Below, in pieces: positions 1 through 14,489 of a stretch of DNA of 64,000 bases. The notes beneath the pieces are model-generated. The model saw only the letters and a program-made list of their open reading frames with translations, did no database searches and was not told where the DNA came from. Each line of letters begins with the position of its first letter. Positions within the stretch are counted from its first letter, which is position 1. Origin of the DNA: Hydrolagus colliei (taxonomy: Eukaryota); assembly GCA_035084275.1 (NCBI GenBank), contig CM068746.1:3782001-3846000 (forward strand), read 5' to 3'. Both the position numbers and the translations under genes were made by a program.

Positions 1-335
1 GAAAGAATAAGCCTAGCCTATCTAGCCTTTCCTCGAAGCTGAAGTCCCTCATTCCTGGTACCATCCTAGTAAATCTCCTCTGCACCCTTTCCAACGCCTT
101 AATATCCTTCCTGAAGTGTGGTGACCAGAATTGTACACAGTACTCCAGCTGAGGCCTAACGAAAGTCTTATAGAGGTTATCAGCACTTCCTGACTTTTGT
201 ATTCTATAACCTATTTATAAAGCCTAGTATCCCATACGCCTTCTTAACGGCTTTGTCTACCTGTCCTGCGAACTTTCAAAGAGTCACTAACACAAATCCC
301 CAGGTCTCTCTGTTCCTTCACACCCTTTAAAATTG
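1..335 (-). mobile_element. CR1-clade LINE fragment (ORF2 C-terminal region), cut by window edge
   Basis: Minus strand translates [57 protein letters not shown], typical of CR1; overlaps the family at 44869-45347. Confidence 0.9.
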
Positions 336-340
336 TACTA

Positions 341-715
<375 letters not shown>

Positions 716-1429
716 TTAAAGCAAATTATTCACACTAAGTGCCGACCAGATTTTTTTTTAAAAAACCTTTATGATGAAATGTCAGCCGCAGACAAATCTA
801 TTTTCGAAGCCACGTCCCGCAGAACGACCTTAAAATTAGTTCCCAAAATAATTTATGAAGGCTATAACACACAATAGGACTGTAGGCCATGTCCTAAGGT
901 TATAAGAAATTGAACTCTAAACGTGAATTTTAAAAGCAAAGCTGCATTTCACTATGCGAAACGCCATATTCAGAAACCAGATTTGTGGTGATAAAAAGTG
1001 TAACAATTTGATTTGCAAATCTTGGGCTTGCAAACTCTGTGGTGAGAAGCCAAAACGGAGGAAATCGCAAGTCGGCGAAGTCTAAATAAAACTCTGGTGC
1101 ATGATCCCGGACGGTGTAATGCTTTCGAACATGTCAAAAACAGTGCGAGGCAGCAACTCAAAAAACCGTTTGCTCATTTTGCAGGGTCAGCCGGGGGTCC
1201 GATGCACGTGAAAACCCATCACCAAGTCACCAACCCGAAGAGTATCCAAATCAAACTGAAAATTCCATGGATCCCACCTACACTCTCCCGAGATATGCTC
1301 GACTACTTTGCAAAAATCAATCGTGTTTGTGTCCACAGCTCCGGAAGTTACGCTCGCGCTGTACATGGCTGCAAATCAGGTAAACAAGTTTAGTGCTCGG
1401 TCATCAGAAATGTCGATTTCCCCATCGGC

Positions 1430-1655
1430 GGATCGTTTTTCTGGGGGGGGAATAATTTATGGCTTTGGAAAAAATAATAACGAAATGATCACTTCAATCC
1501 AAGACTGATTGTGGGACACCGCTGTGCGCAATTAGCTGCTGCGTTTAGCCCACAATGCATACAACCAATTCACTTTACAATATTTTCTGTGAAATGCTTT
1601 TATGAGACGTCTCAAAGACAAGGCACTATATCAAACGTAAGGATTATTATTATCA
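1430..1655 (+). mobile_element. SINE 3' body and tail
   Basis: Shared family body gtgggacaccgctgtgcgcaatt...attcactttaca...ggattattattat. Confidence 0.85.
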
Positions 1656-1779
1656 CAGTAATAATAAGGATAATAAGAATAATCCTGTTACCCATATTAG
1701 AGAAATGAGCTGTGAATAACCATTAGACAAGCTCCTCAGCTTTGAAAAGAGAAGTTTCAGAAGGGATATAAGATTCTAT

Positions 1780-1992
1780 CATCTTCTAGACGCCTCAAAG
1801 TGTTTCACAGAATATACTGCAAAGTGAATTGGCTGCATATCTGTGGCCGAAATGTGGCAGCCAATTGCGCACAGCGGTGTCCCCACAAACAGTCGTGGAT
1901 TGAAGTGACCAATTTATTATCGTTTTTTTTCTTGAGGGATTATTATCAGGTGTGTGGAGTAAGGAAACTTGCCTAAGCTTTCACCCTGCCAG
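1780..1992 (-). mobile_element. SINE, partial
   Basis: Reverse complement of the family body including ggagtaaggaaacttgcc. Confidence 0.85.
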
Positions 1993-2479
1993 TTTGCAGT
2001 TTCAAATCAAGACACCAGGAAGTTTTTTCTTTACCCAGAGAATGATTGACAAGTGGAATGGTTACCAGAAATAATAATAATAATCAGAATCATAATAAAG
2101 AAAGCTGGAGTCTCTTAAAAGCAATGATGGGATGAGGTGAGGCTGAGATCAAATGGGCTGAAGGGCCTTTTCCATCTGTGTAGATTTTGTGATATGATGA
2201 ATAATTCACGAGCTTTCTCTCCAAGGTATTATTACATTATCTTTGTCAGTAGGTCATTCATTGAGAGTTGCTGAGGAGGTTATAGTTCCTCAGGGGTCTA
2301 AGTGATTGATAGGTGTCAGAATGTATAATGCATTCCAGGCATTCCTAACACATCAAAGGATGTCACTGACCATGTTGCAAATATTCTTGGCTTATATCTC
2401 CTCAAATGCATGGCCAATGCAATATTAAAAATATATACAGTATATTTATATTTATACCACACACATTTATACCCGCACA

Positions 2480-2920
2480 GGTTTCAGCCATTACATACTC
2501 CCTCTCATATCTTCTATTCCCCTCTCCCTCATTTAGAGATCTTGAAAATCTGGATCTTGAAAGCATCTTGCTATCTGATTCAACCACAGATTCAGACAGT
2601 GAGTTCCACAATCTCACTACCCTCTGCGCAATGACGTCCCTCCTAAATTCTCTTTTAGATCCCCTTGTCTCTATCTTCTATTTGTGTCCGCTGGTTACAA
2701 CTCGTGGAAACGGCCCATTTATGTTAACGTTTTATAACCTTTTATCGGACCCTTTTAGAATTTTAAACACTGTTATTCGGTGCCACCTTAAATGTCTTCT
2801 CTCTCGCAAAAGAAAAAGCTTAAGCTATCCAGTCTATTCTGTGAGCAGTCACCTGCCAGGACTGGTATCATCCTCGTAAACCTATATTGTACTCTGCCCA
2901 TTGCTGCTACATCTTTCTTA
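2480..2920 (-). mobile_element. Old CR1-clade LINE 3' fragment
   Basis: Minus ORF RLWNSLSESVVESDS resembles the CR1 WNxLPxxVV motif; decayed. Confidence 0.7.
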
Positions 2921-5019
2921 AAGCAGAGACTAGAATTGGAAAGTATAAAAGGTCCCTCAAACAACAATTTTGGCAGTGATTGTTGTGAGGTGGGGACGGA
3001 TGGACTTCTGTGCTGTTATCTCTAACTCAATAGACTACAAGTTAATTAAAACAAACTCTGTCTCTGACTCCATGTATTACAATGGAATATTTGGGCAACT
3101 AATATTGTTTCCAGGTCTGCAGATTTCCCACTAAATAATGTAGTTATTTGTTCTGGTGTAAAATAACTGTATGTTTTTTTTAAAATCATGATGTGATTCC
3201 ACATGCGTCAGATCAAAATTCGAAAGTGATTGCCAAAATTTGACAAAATTCCTTGGAAATTGTCGCGTTTCGTTTTTATTTCAAAAACACTTCAGCGAAT
3301 ATGACTGTAGAAAATTCATAAGAAGAATGCAAAGTATGTCTATTCCACCGTTCTATGTTACGCCTAAAGTAACGCAAGTAAAACAGATTGTAATAACAGC
3401 ATAATTAGATGAACTGAAACAATGTGATTAGTTTTGAGATGGCATTGTTACGCTGTATCCATACACAGGAGGATTTGCATCAATTGAATCTTAATAACGT
3501 GGCTTCACAAATCTTTCAATCGTTTGTTTGCCTGCTCCATTTTCAGCAAAATCATGCTATTGGGCCCAATTTTCTTGACGGAATGTTGCTGCAAATAGTT
3601 GTGGTAGTGAAAAAAACATCGATCTTTTTCTTTATCTCAATGAAGATTGATTTCACATAACGCAGAGTGTTCATGCTGCAGAATTTCAGAGTTTGAGCAT
3701 TGGGTGTTCAATTTCCTCACTGAATATATTAATTAGATTGCACACTGAAACCTGTATTCCAATTTGCACCTAAATAAAGCTTAGGCAGTCCCTCGAGCAC
3801 TGAATGAAGTAAACAGTTTAGAAGCTGATGAGGCAAAAAACAAAACTGACCCAGTTGCTGATGAATATCTGAGCAGCCTTGTTTGCCCCTGAAAGCCTGG
3901 CAAGCTGAACTTTGCTAAAGTATTTATTGGGAAGCGTAAGTGTACCACAAATACCATATATTGACCCTGACATTTACAGGCTAACTGGAAGTTGACAGGC
4001 TGTACACATTACTGTGCACTCTTGATTCCTGGAATGACTTCATTTCAAACACTAATCGATAATCTTCTTTGTGGGGAGCCAAATGACCACTCTATGTAAT
4101 TCAATGAAAGATTCCTGCAGCCAAACGAGGAGTGAATTCTAACATCTCCACCTCTATTTGGACCATTGTGGAATACAATACAGTATCGCACATTTATAAA
4201 CCTCCAGGTTGATAAACTTCTTTTTTTTAAAAAAAAAGAAACTGCAATGAGGTCAATATGAAAGAGGAGGCATTTGGGAAGATTGATTCATGAAAAAGAA
4301 TTGACGGATGAAGGAATGATTAAATGATATGTTATTGGGAGAGGGCAATGTTACCTCTTCCCACAGCCACCCACCAAAACACCCACCATATCTACACTGG
4401 TCAATTATCTCGAAATGGAGGAAAACATGTGAAGATATTTGAACGACAGCTACATTGTTATCTGTATTCATTTGATATTCACACCACGGGAATTTGCTGG
4501 ATGATTCAACTCGGTTTGCTTCTGTTTGTTCGAGCACTAATCTGAAAATACAGCGTTTGTTTCAGAAATAGATTCTTCTCTGAGAGACAGAAATTTAGTC
4601 CCTCTGACTTCCAACGATTTGTAAAAGCGAACTCAATTTACATATGATTAATGAGACCTCAACAAAGGAATAGGTATTGCTAACAGTTGTCTGAGCTGAT
4701 GTTGGTTTCCTCTTAGGAGACCAAGATTTTGAAGCTTGCAGCAAATTGTTCATCCTTCAGCACCTCTTGTCACAAAGAAAGGCTGAAATGACTGAAACAT
4801 ATTTTTAATCACAATGAATTAGGTGAATGGAAAGAAAACGATTATGCGACTCAGAAGCCTGACAAAACGCCATCCTTAAAACACAATGGTTTGAATTAAT
4901 GGCTCTCACAGGATGGCAAAATACTTCCAATTTAGAGAGAGAGAAAAAAAAACGGAAGCTAAAATTTCAAGACTTCAAAGAAATAGTGTGATATGGGATG
5001 GCGAAATGCTAGAGATACA

Positions 5020-5285
5020 GAACAGGGAGAAACCTTGGGGAAGTTTCCTTACTCCACACACCTAATAATAATCCCTCAAAAAGAAACACAATAATAAAAT
5101 TGGTCATTTCGATCCACGACTGTTTGTGGGACACTGCTGTGCGCAATTGGCTACCACATTTCGCCCACACAAAAAAACTACAATCAATTCACTTTATAGT
5201 GTATTCTGTGAAGTGCTTTGAGACATCTGGAAGATGTGAAAAGCACTACAGTATATCAAATGCAAGGATCATTATTATTATTATC
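5020..5285 (+). mobile_element. SINE, 5'-truncated, abutting an opposite-strand SINE head/CORE fragment (about 5290-5380)
   Basis: aaaccttggggaagtttccttactccacac...tgcaaggatcattattatta, then tactgctaggcaaacagaagcatgtgg...gaaacttgcccaagg. Confidence 0.85.
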
Positions 5286-6724
5286 GAATAACAACTGGGT
5301 TGCTACTTACTGCTAGGCAAACAGAAGCATGTGGCGTATGGAAACTTGCCCAAGGTTTCAACCTGTGCAGGAATCGAACCAGCTCAAATCAGTTAACTCA
5401 GTACAGACCAGAGATCAAATGCAATAACTTTCTGGTGTTGGTGTGAATGGCCCAAGAATCCACCAGTGATGCCTTTCCATGTTGAACTGGAAGAGGTTTA
5501 TTATTTGTCCGAATAATTCCAATGTATGTGGGGTAAAGACCCTTCAACATATCCTCCCTTCATTTATTTGACACTGGCTTACATTGAGAAATGATATTGG
5601 TCTTTCCGCCAAAATTATCTTTCTATCACAGATCAAAAATCTGAAATATTAAAAAGCCATAGGCACTTTGGAATATCACAACATTAGGAAATACTCATTA
5701 AATGCATCTATTTCCACTTCAGTAGATCATGAAAGGGTACAAAATAAAAGGAGACATTTTCAATGTATCCCTTGTGCCTGCTTCTGTGTAATAAAATATT
5801 TATATTATTTTCATTTTTCATTTTGGAGTCAGTGAACCACATATATGCGCCATCTCTGCAACAAACTATTCCCATCTATTATTCTTGGGAGATAGAAGTG
5901 AGTTACTGTGGGCTGCACCCTGTTTCTGCTTGAAGGAGAACTTGTTTTACAAATAATATATTTGGTTGTTGTCAGCAAAATACATGGTGAAGAATAAAAA
6001 TGAAATATTAATTTTAACTTTAATATTAATTACTAAAGCACAGACAGGTTGTATAAACTTGGGTCTCTATCAGGTGGTTAGATTTCTGTGCCTAGGAAAG
6101 TGTATCGAGGGCTAGGCGGCAGGGGAGGGTGATCAGAGCTGAGGTACAGATCAGCTATGATCCTACACAATGGCAGAACAGCTTTGCGACACTGAACAGC
6201 CTACCCCTGATCCTGTGTTCCTCATTACATTTCTGGAATAGCGCATCTCACTAAGTGATCTGTGGTTAGATGCCGAGGTTCTTTATGCGATGATATCAAG
6301 GTCCAAGTTACTCTGACATCTCGTGCTTTCCAACTTTGACCTCCGGCAAGTTTGCAAATGTCACTCGGTAAAAGTAGAAAGATGTTAGAAAGAAACATTT
6401 AAAAGGAAAAAGTGTTGGTGAATTCTGCAAATTATTCAAAATGGCCAAACAATGAGACAAGAAGGAAAAATACAAAGTCACGCAAAGATCTCTGCAAGTG
6501 GCATTTTCAAATGTCATCGGGAAGTGAAAATATATTTAGAGATGTTTTTTTTTCCCCAAAGCTTTGACTTTCACCATCGCAACTAAAATATATCAATATA
6601 AATTATTCATAGGCCTCAAAAATACGAGCCTGAAGAGCTCATTGTGTATTGTAGGAAAAGTGCAACTCGGGCAACCGTGTTAGGAAGAGAAAAGGTACAG
6701 CACAAAGAGCTGAAAACAACAGCA

Positions 6725-7150
6725 GCAAACAACAAAATGACACTTACACAGCGTCTTTCACATTGGGAGGCCTGGAAGACGCTGGACAATCAGTGTTTCA
6801 GTCCCAAGCTAGGGCTGGGATTGCGGAGGGTGGAGGGAAAGGAGGGAAAGTGGGGTGACCGATGGCACGGTCAAAGAGGAGGGTCATCATGCTGGACTTG
6901 AAGGAGGCTAGGGAGGGGGCGTAACGGAGGGATTGCGGGATGGCATTCCAACGGTTGGAGGCAGAGAGGCTAACGGCTCACCTACCGATGGTGCGTCAGG
7001 GGACATGGAGCAGACTGGAGCCCACTGAGCGGAGGGAGAGGACAGGTTGGTAGGGGGGGTTAGGAGGTCACAGAAGTGGAGTGGAGAGGGCAAGGTGGTG
7101 GAGGGCTTAAAAGGCGAGGACCAGGATACAAGCTCAACCTTGTTAAGATA
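6725..7150 (-). mobile_element. L2-clade LINE 3' fragment
   Basis: Reverse complement of the L2 3' end at 33540-33945; (AAC)n tail followed by aaatgacacttacacagcgtctttcac. Confidence 0.75.
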
Positions 7151-7847
7151 TCCGTAGTCAGTAAGATGCCTGAGTGCTCCTTGCACTTCAAAAACACTTG
7201 CTGGGTTGACTCATTTTACTTTATCTCTATCGTGTTTCGCTTCCGTTAGACTCTAGGTAATCTTGGTTTAGAATCCACCTGCAAATCTTGAATTTTCCAT
7301 CTGCAGACTTTGAAATTCTGCAGGATTTTCAATTTCCAAAAAGTCAATCCGAATCTCTGTCCTCCACCTCCTGCACACACACGCACGTGGATCAGGGAGG
7401 GTCCGGGGAGCGGATTCACTGATGATTCAACCTTCTACAGGATGGTGCGGACTGGCACTCAAAGAGTTGAGATTGTGTCGCTTCCTCTCATTTGTTACAA
7501 CATAGCCCCTGCTGGGATACAGTGAGCAACAGCTGGCTTGAAACCAACAAGATTTCCTTTCTCTTGATAGTTGTCGTGTTTTAAGCAAGCCAGCCAATTC
7601 TCGAACTTCACAGTGTACGCAAAAGGCACAAAACAAAACGACAATAAAAAAAAACTGTTCAATTTTCTTCACAATAAATGAATTGTTACACTTTGCTCAA
7701 CACATTTTAACATCACGATGCAACTTTAATTAATGAGAGATATAGCCCTTTATGATGGATAATAGAGCAAGCAGCATTTTGTGTTTTAGAAATAAATCAA
7801 ATCGGTTTGAATATTTCAATTGTGTACATTTATACAGATGGACTTAC

Positions 7848-7894
7848 CATTTGATGCAGTAAAATCAATGGCCACTGTGAAGTTGATTTGTGTC
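7848..7894 (-). CDS. CPNE8: Copine exon 8 of 9, 47 nt (vWA start)
   Basis: tcttgtag|G ACA CAA...AAT G|gtaag, giving TQINFTVAIDFTASN(G), the copine vWA MIDAS-like motif. Confidence 0.95.
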
Positions 7895-8334
7895 CTACAA
7901 GACAAAAGCAAGCAAGACATTTATTAAATCAAATTATGTTAACCCACTCAAAACAGTTGTCTTTCAAAGTTGAAGTGTTCTAAAGAAAAGTTTCTCCAAG
8001 AGTCCTATCCAATAATCCCACAGATAAAACTATTCATTCACTTCCATGACTGTTTGTGGAAGATTACAGTATGCAAATTGTCTGTCATGTTAACCTACAA
8101 AGTACACAGCCACTATACTTTACAGTGAATCACGTGAAGCGCTTTGAGGATATCCGGACATGAAAAGTGGTATTGCAAAGGCAAGAATTATTTCATTATT
8201 ATTTTGCATTTTATAAAGTTTTCAGAAGATGATTGGCGAAAAATGTATTTGTTCAAATTGTCACATTATTTGGCAAGTGTAGTACAGTAAATAGTTTAAT
8301 TGTTGATCACAACAAATCAATTTGGAATGAAAGC

Positions 8335-8690
8335 AGAGGTCACTGGGGAACACTCGGCAGGTCAGGCAGCATCTATGGAGAAAGGAAAGTGAGTCAATGT
8401 TTCGGGTCCACGACACATTGTCAGAACTGGGGCATGTTGGGAGGGTGGGGGGGAGTGGAGTGGGGGGAAATTGCAACAAAACAGGCAGACCTGAGAGAGA
8501 AAAGCTGCGTTGGAGACCCAGATGATGTGGTAATGGTCATAGATGAGGGGAGGGGGAAGGTGAGCTGTTATGGTCTGAAATTGTTGAAATCGATATTGAC
8601 AGATACGAGATGGCAGATACGAGATGCTGTTCCTCAAGTTTCCTCTGTGATTCATTGGAAGAGTCTAGGAGACCCTGGATGGGGAGCTCA
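8335..8690 (-). mobile_element. Penelope-like retroelement 3' remnant (GIY-YIG C-terminus plus pLTR with decayed hammerhead)
   Basis: Minus strand reads SNESQRKLEEQHL, then a frameshift, then NIDFNNFRP*. The 8340-8430 segment is homologous to the left arm of the 23937-24177 palindrome; its hammerhead core is mutated (CTGACAA, GAAACATT). Confidence 0.75.
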
Positions 8691-8749
8691 GACAATGAGT
8701 GAGAATTTATTTTTTCCCCAGTGTCAGTGTCGCCAGCAACTTCTGCTTT

Positions 8750-8978
8750 TGTTCCTTACTCCACACGCCTGCTGATAATCCATCAAGAAAAAAAACAGTC
8801 GTAAACTGGTCATTTCAATCCACGACTGTTTGTGGGACGCTGTTGTGTGCAATTGGCTGCCACATTTCGCCCACAAATATACGGTCAATTCACTTTACAG
8901 TATATTCTGTGAGGCGCTTTGAGACGTCTAGAAGATGTGAAAAGCGCCTCTATCAAATGCAAGGATTACTATTGTTAT
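8750..8978 (+). mobile_element. SINE, 5'-truncated
   Basis: ttccttactccacacgcc...gcgctttgagacgtctagaagatgtgaaaagcgc...tgcaaggattact. Confidence 0.88.
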
Positions 8979-11164
8979 CAGCTAAACTTTGCCAGTAAAA
9001 TAATTATTAGGTTTCAATGAAAATGAGTGTTCATAAGGCTTGATATACAACATAAGACCCTAATATAGTATTTGTGGTCTGGGTAGGAGTAACTAACAAC
9101 AACAAAATGACATTTGTAGAATGCCTTTCACTTCGGGAGGATGTCCCAAGGGGCTGATCTTATATAAAATCTTATAGCAAATCTTATATCAAATTAATGT
9201 TAACAAAAGATATGATCTGTTCTTAAATTGGACGCAGTATTACCTTATATAGCAGACATTATCTGAAATGCATAGCATTGAATGGAAAGTTTTGCCCTTG
9301 GTAAATGGTGCATCTTCAATGGACTTTGTTCTTAGAATTCTAACCTGTAAATATTGTGGAACCCATTTAACCAATCTCAATTGGATACCATGGCTAATAT
9401 TTTCTGCATTTTTAAATATTGACATGCCTTTCAAAATTCAAGATAAGTCTATTTTCCGCAGTAGTTTCGTTGTTCTGGTTATGTAACTGCTCATTAATGA
9501 ATATTAGACTCCACGAGATGCCTCAAGAATAACAAGGCTGAAGAACAGAACATTTCACCTCATTAGGGCAAGAATGATTACACGAGGTATCTAAAATGGA
9601 TGTTACCGTTGATTTCGTTAAGGGAATGCTCACTCTCTTCTCTGTGAGTTTTATGAAACTAATAAAATGGAAAAGTTTGGTATTTAGTTGACATTTGGAC
9701 GTTTAACATTATTGAAGACCTGGGTTTTAAAGTTCAACGTAACAACACTGGGAAACATACAACGCTCTGCTTAAATCATACAATATTTAAGTTAGCATGG
9801 TCATTTTAATGATCCTAGACTTGCCAGCTCTTGCTAAACAGTCATACAAAGCCTATCCCCTGAGATCATATTGCACAATGATGTTAAACGCAGCACGTTT
9901 TTACATCCTCACTATAATTTTTGTTTCTCACTTCTGTCGGTCAAGAGTTTATGTCGTGCCGTTCCTCAAAATCCATCTTAATTCTGTGACAGACCTGTCC
10001 TGTTTCCTAACAATACTTTGAAAAGGCTTCCACACAAACCATTCAGTTTAACTGATGATACTGCAGCGTTCCCACAGGCTTCCAACCCGTAATGTTCTTT
10101 GCAAAGTACAATTGATGACAAAATTTTACGGAGAAAAAGGGCATTTCGAGTTTTAATAAATCATATTGCATGGAATCATATTGACAATCTTAATATTGTT
10201 ACTATTGACTAATAGTAATGGAAATTCGAGCAGACCCGTTTCATAGCATTTGGCAGTCAGATAATTTTGTTTTACAGATGCTTTTTTCCGTAAAAATATA
10301 CTTCCAAGTCACAGCTGTGTAGAATTCTCTCCTAGCCCCCAACACCTCACCTATAATAAGATTATGCAAAAATGTGTTTGAAATGATTTAAAGGTTGAAG
10401 CGAAAATATTTTTATTTTGAGACACTTTCATTTATCATAATAATCGTTGCTTTTGACATTGGGAGAATGCTACACACGATTTACTGTACAGCATTACAGA
10501 CTGTGTACTTGAGTAGGTGAACGCAGCAGCAAATTTGCACATGGCAATATTCCACAGAGAGTTATGAAGTGAATGACCAACTTTATTTGGTCAATTTTTG
10601 GGGGGGAAATTATGGATCAGGACACTTTTCTCGTTCTGACAACAACAACTTAAATTGTGGAGGGGACGAGGAATGAACATGAGCTAGGCGGGTAAGCAAA
10701 TCGGATACATAGTGAGGTGCGAGGGAGGGAGGGATTTGAAAATGTTTTAACATCCACTCGAACATACAGAAAGAAGTTTGGTTTAAAGTCTCTCAACCTC
10801 CACAAATGCACCATCCCCCCAGTGCTCCATATTACTTCAAGATCCAAATGTGGCACCCGATCTACAGGCTTTGTGATTCACAGACAAGTAGGTTTCCAAT
10901 TGAGATACAGACTAATTCACGAGCAGTCAGTGAAAATCAGCAAAACGATTATTTGGTCACAATTCTGTTTGTTATGCTACGATGAGCTGAATAGTCTTCT
11001 GTGTAAATGCTAAGAAAAATTCTGTGGTTTATGGTCGGACTGATTAGATGCTGCATTTATTTCTATAACAACAGTCACTACACTTCAAAGCAACACATTG
11101 TGTGAAGAGCTTTGATGTGATAAGGAACTGTGCACATGAAATTCAAGACAATATACACATACTG

Positions 11165-11188
11165 TATATATAGATATATCTATATATC

Positions 11189-11231
<43 letters not shown>
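11165..11231. repeat. Compound (AT)n(AC)n microsatellite
   Basis: tatatatata...cacacacaca read directly. Confidence 0.95.
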
Positions 11232-11233
<2 letters not shown>

Positions 11234-11755
11234 CAAAATTACACTTGTATAGCAGTTGGGGGCAGAGTGGCTAAAGGCTTGCCAGCCAATGTTGGGGGGT
11301 GGGGGCGGTGGGCGGGGGACGTGGAGCATGCCAGAACTTGTAGAGTGAAGGGGACAGGCAGGTTGGTAGGGAGTTAGAAGGTCACAGATGTAGGGTGGGG
11401 CAAGGTTGTGGAGGGCTTTAAATGTGAGAACCAGGATCTTGAATCGGATTCTCTAGATGATCGGGAGCCAATTCAGCCAATGGAGTCGGACGAGAATAGG
11501 GGAGATGGGGTCAAGGAGTTTGGAGTGGTATATAGTGGGTGTATAGTGGGTGAAAAGCAGCAGCCATTTGCAAACAACAGTATCCCACAAGCAGTCGTGG
11601 ATTGAAGTGACCAATTTAGGTTTTTTTTTGTTTAGGGATTATTAGCAGGCATGTGGAGAAAGGAAACGTGCCCAAGGTTTTGTCCCCTGCTTGGAATCGA
11701 ACTCAGGTGTCTCACTTGTTAGGCAAGGGCTCTAACCACTGAGCTACAGGACTCT
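11232..11755 (-). mobile_element. L2 3' fragment (about 11232-11525) followed by SINE 5' half (about 11555-11755)
   Basis: ORF EGFKCENQDLE matches the antisense of L2 at 33207..33569; the SINE ends ctctaaccactgagctacaggactc. Confidence 0.75.
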
Positions 11756-13269
11756 ATGTTTTTGCTTTAACAGGGCCTGAGTGAAATTTTTGAAAGCAGA
11801 TTTATACATCAATATCATTCATATACTTAGCACCACACTGACTTTGTACACATTTGAGGCTGAACTTGTTTAAAAGAGTCCTTTTTTGTTGGACAATCCT
11901 ACTTTTGTATTTCCCTTTTTAAATGTCTCCTTTTCTCTACATTGTAATCTGATCACAAAAAATCTGAGGCAATGTTTGTTTTTTGGGGGTTGACCAACAA
12001 AATAATCATAAAAATCAAAGAGCACAGATTTATGCCAGAAATCAAGAAATGATCAGGAAACATTTATTTTGTTGGCCAACGAAACATGTCGGCCAACGAA
12101 ACATGTCGGCCACCAACAATTTAAAACCTCAATGGTTTCGCACAAGTTTATTCTACTGGCATTGAGCTCAAATATTAAAGAATAATAATCGAGTACCTTT
12201 TGTGGCTGTCAGATTCAATTGGCAGCATTCTCACTTCTGAAGATTGTGGATTGAAGTCCCATGTTGGGACTTTGAGCTCATAGTCTAGGCTGCCGCTACA
12301 GTACAGAGCTACACTGTCAGTATAGTCAAATTGCTTCAGAGGAGTTCAGATTTGAAATCAAATTTAATGAGCGCTGAAAGTTTCATACAAAACCATTGGT
12401 GGATAATTAAACTTTGAAAGCTTGCTAGGCACGTCTCTGACATGTACATCCCTCTGGAATACAACATAGAAGGCTAGGCTGAATACGAGGCTCTTATCTG
12501 CGCTTTGAAAATTTTGAAAAGGATACTGGTCATTGCATATTCCGCACTTAATTAGATTTTTTTTTAATAGATAAAATGGCTTTGTTTCTCCTATACTGCT
12601 GTTTGTTTCCATCTTGTTGATGTTTGAGGAATTTGCCCCATGGACTTGGTGGGCCCATGATACTGTTGATGTTTGACTCTCACATTATATCAAATATCTC
12701 AAAATATACGGCCGAAATCCTTTTGGATTTTGGCATAAATCACCACAAAATAGCACCAGAAGGACTGCCGAGCATTTAAAAACAATAACAAAGCAAGTCT
12801 CAGTGTCTGAACATTTACCCTTTTAATCATCAAAAAAAGGTCAGTTACTTTCAGTTGGAAGAACTAGCCTAGCTCCGATTTCCTTTGTTTTACTTTTCCT
12901 TAGCAGTATTAAAGGATCAAATTACATCACTTTCAGCCATTGGAGAATAATAAAAATTCAATAGCATGAATCATCTGCAGTCATTATAACCAAGTGCCCC
13001 ATTTTCTCTTCTTTCTCTACATGAAAAACAAAGTCACTTTTCAAATATCTGTGATCTATTATGTTTTCACAAGAATGGCGCAGCCCATTTGAACTAATTT
13101 TTCTAAGATGCCAACCCTTAATCTCCTTGCTCAGATGTTGATTTTACTCCAAGTCAGATTTATTTTTCTGAGATTGCGCTTGGAATCCTTGTTTTGCAAT
13201 TGATTTGTTTTAAAACCAAATTATCTATGGTGCATGGCTAGAATTAGAGGTGGTTCAGCTTCCCTCCTT

Positions 13270-13525
13270 TTCACACTGAGTTGAGGAAAAACATCTTCAC
13301 TCAGAGGGTAGTGAATTTATGAAATTCTCTAACCCCAAAAGGCTCCAGATGCTCAGTCCTTGAACATATTCAAGACTGAAATTGATAGATTTCTTACGGA
13401 TAAAGGGATATGAGGATAAGGTGGGTAGGTGGAGTTAGATTAGAAGATCAGCCATGATTTTATTGAATGGCGGGGCAGGTTTGAGGTGCCGAATGGCCTA
13501 CTCCTGCTCCTTATTCTTCTGTTCT
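13270..13525 (+). mobile_element. CR1-clade LINE 3' end, older subfamily
   Basis: ttcttcactcagagggtagtgaat...gccgaatggcctactcctgctcct tail. Confidence 0.75.
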
Positions 13526-14489
13526 TAAAAAAGCATCAGCTCACCAACATTTTGGCAGTTTGGGCATCAAATACGCACTATAAACTAGACAACAACCAAA
13601 GCCAGCAGCTTCGCCCTAATACTACACTGCTGACTAAGCAGTGTCATGTCTTACCCTCAAACCAATTTCATGTCTTACTCTCTTGCCTCTGCTCAGCAAG
13701 ATCTGGGCTTTGCAAATGCAATTGGAGTTTCGTCCTTGTAAGTACTGTCTTTTTAAGGGGAGCTGGCATGTCGAAGCCTAGAGGAGGACCACAGACAGTC
13801 CTCCAGTTGCCCCAACCTTGGAGATGCCTCTAGGATGGGTCCCTCTCCCTTTTTGTCATCGGCACCCTCCCACGTCTGTTCTGGAGGGTAGCTTGTTGTA
13901 GGGCCTTTGATGGACCTGTCAGTCAAGCCAATGGCTCACCCATCTCAAAGAGGATGAGCCATCATTCAATGGCTATTTGAGTTAAGAATGCGGCCGCCAA
14001 TTTTCCCACAGCAATGTCTGCCACCTTAGTACGAGAATTTCTCTTTATTTGAATGGAACGCATATCATCTCTAGGGCAGACACACTTTGCTTACCTAATT
14101 CTGGAAAGGATTAGATGCAGGTTGGCAAAAGCCAAGGCTTGGTGACCCCAGTGTGCAGTGAGATACTGCTGGAGTGTAACGAGCTAAAACATTAAAGCTT
14201 GACACTGAGAGCATTCTCTGCTAAACCTGCTTCTTGTCCATGTAAGAACACTGTAATCATTTGGGTTTTGCTTGTAGGTTTACAGGAGATGAGTGGTAAG
14301 ATTCTTTGCCCCATCCCATCCCCACCAATGAATAGTTTGCCCATCCAAGTTCTGCTGGCAAGCCAGAAAATAGGCTACCATGATTGGCACAGAGGATTGA
14401 CTCACAGAATTGGTATTTTAATTGTAAAGTGAAATTAAAAGTAGCGCAAATGAGGGTATTAAAAGTCCTTTTTAAATGTTATGCTTTTA

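Noticed and set aside
3330-3560. Possible hAT dimerisation-domain relic (ALLRCIHTQEDLHQLNLNNVASQ)
   Set aside because: Resemblance too weak, with no TIRs or upstream ERxFS motif.
12073-12111. 17-bp tandem duplication ggccaacgaaacatgtc, and CRISPR-like arrays generally
   Set aside because: Simple two-copy duplication with no spacers; eukaryotic context with no cas genes.
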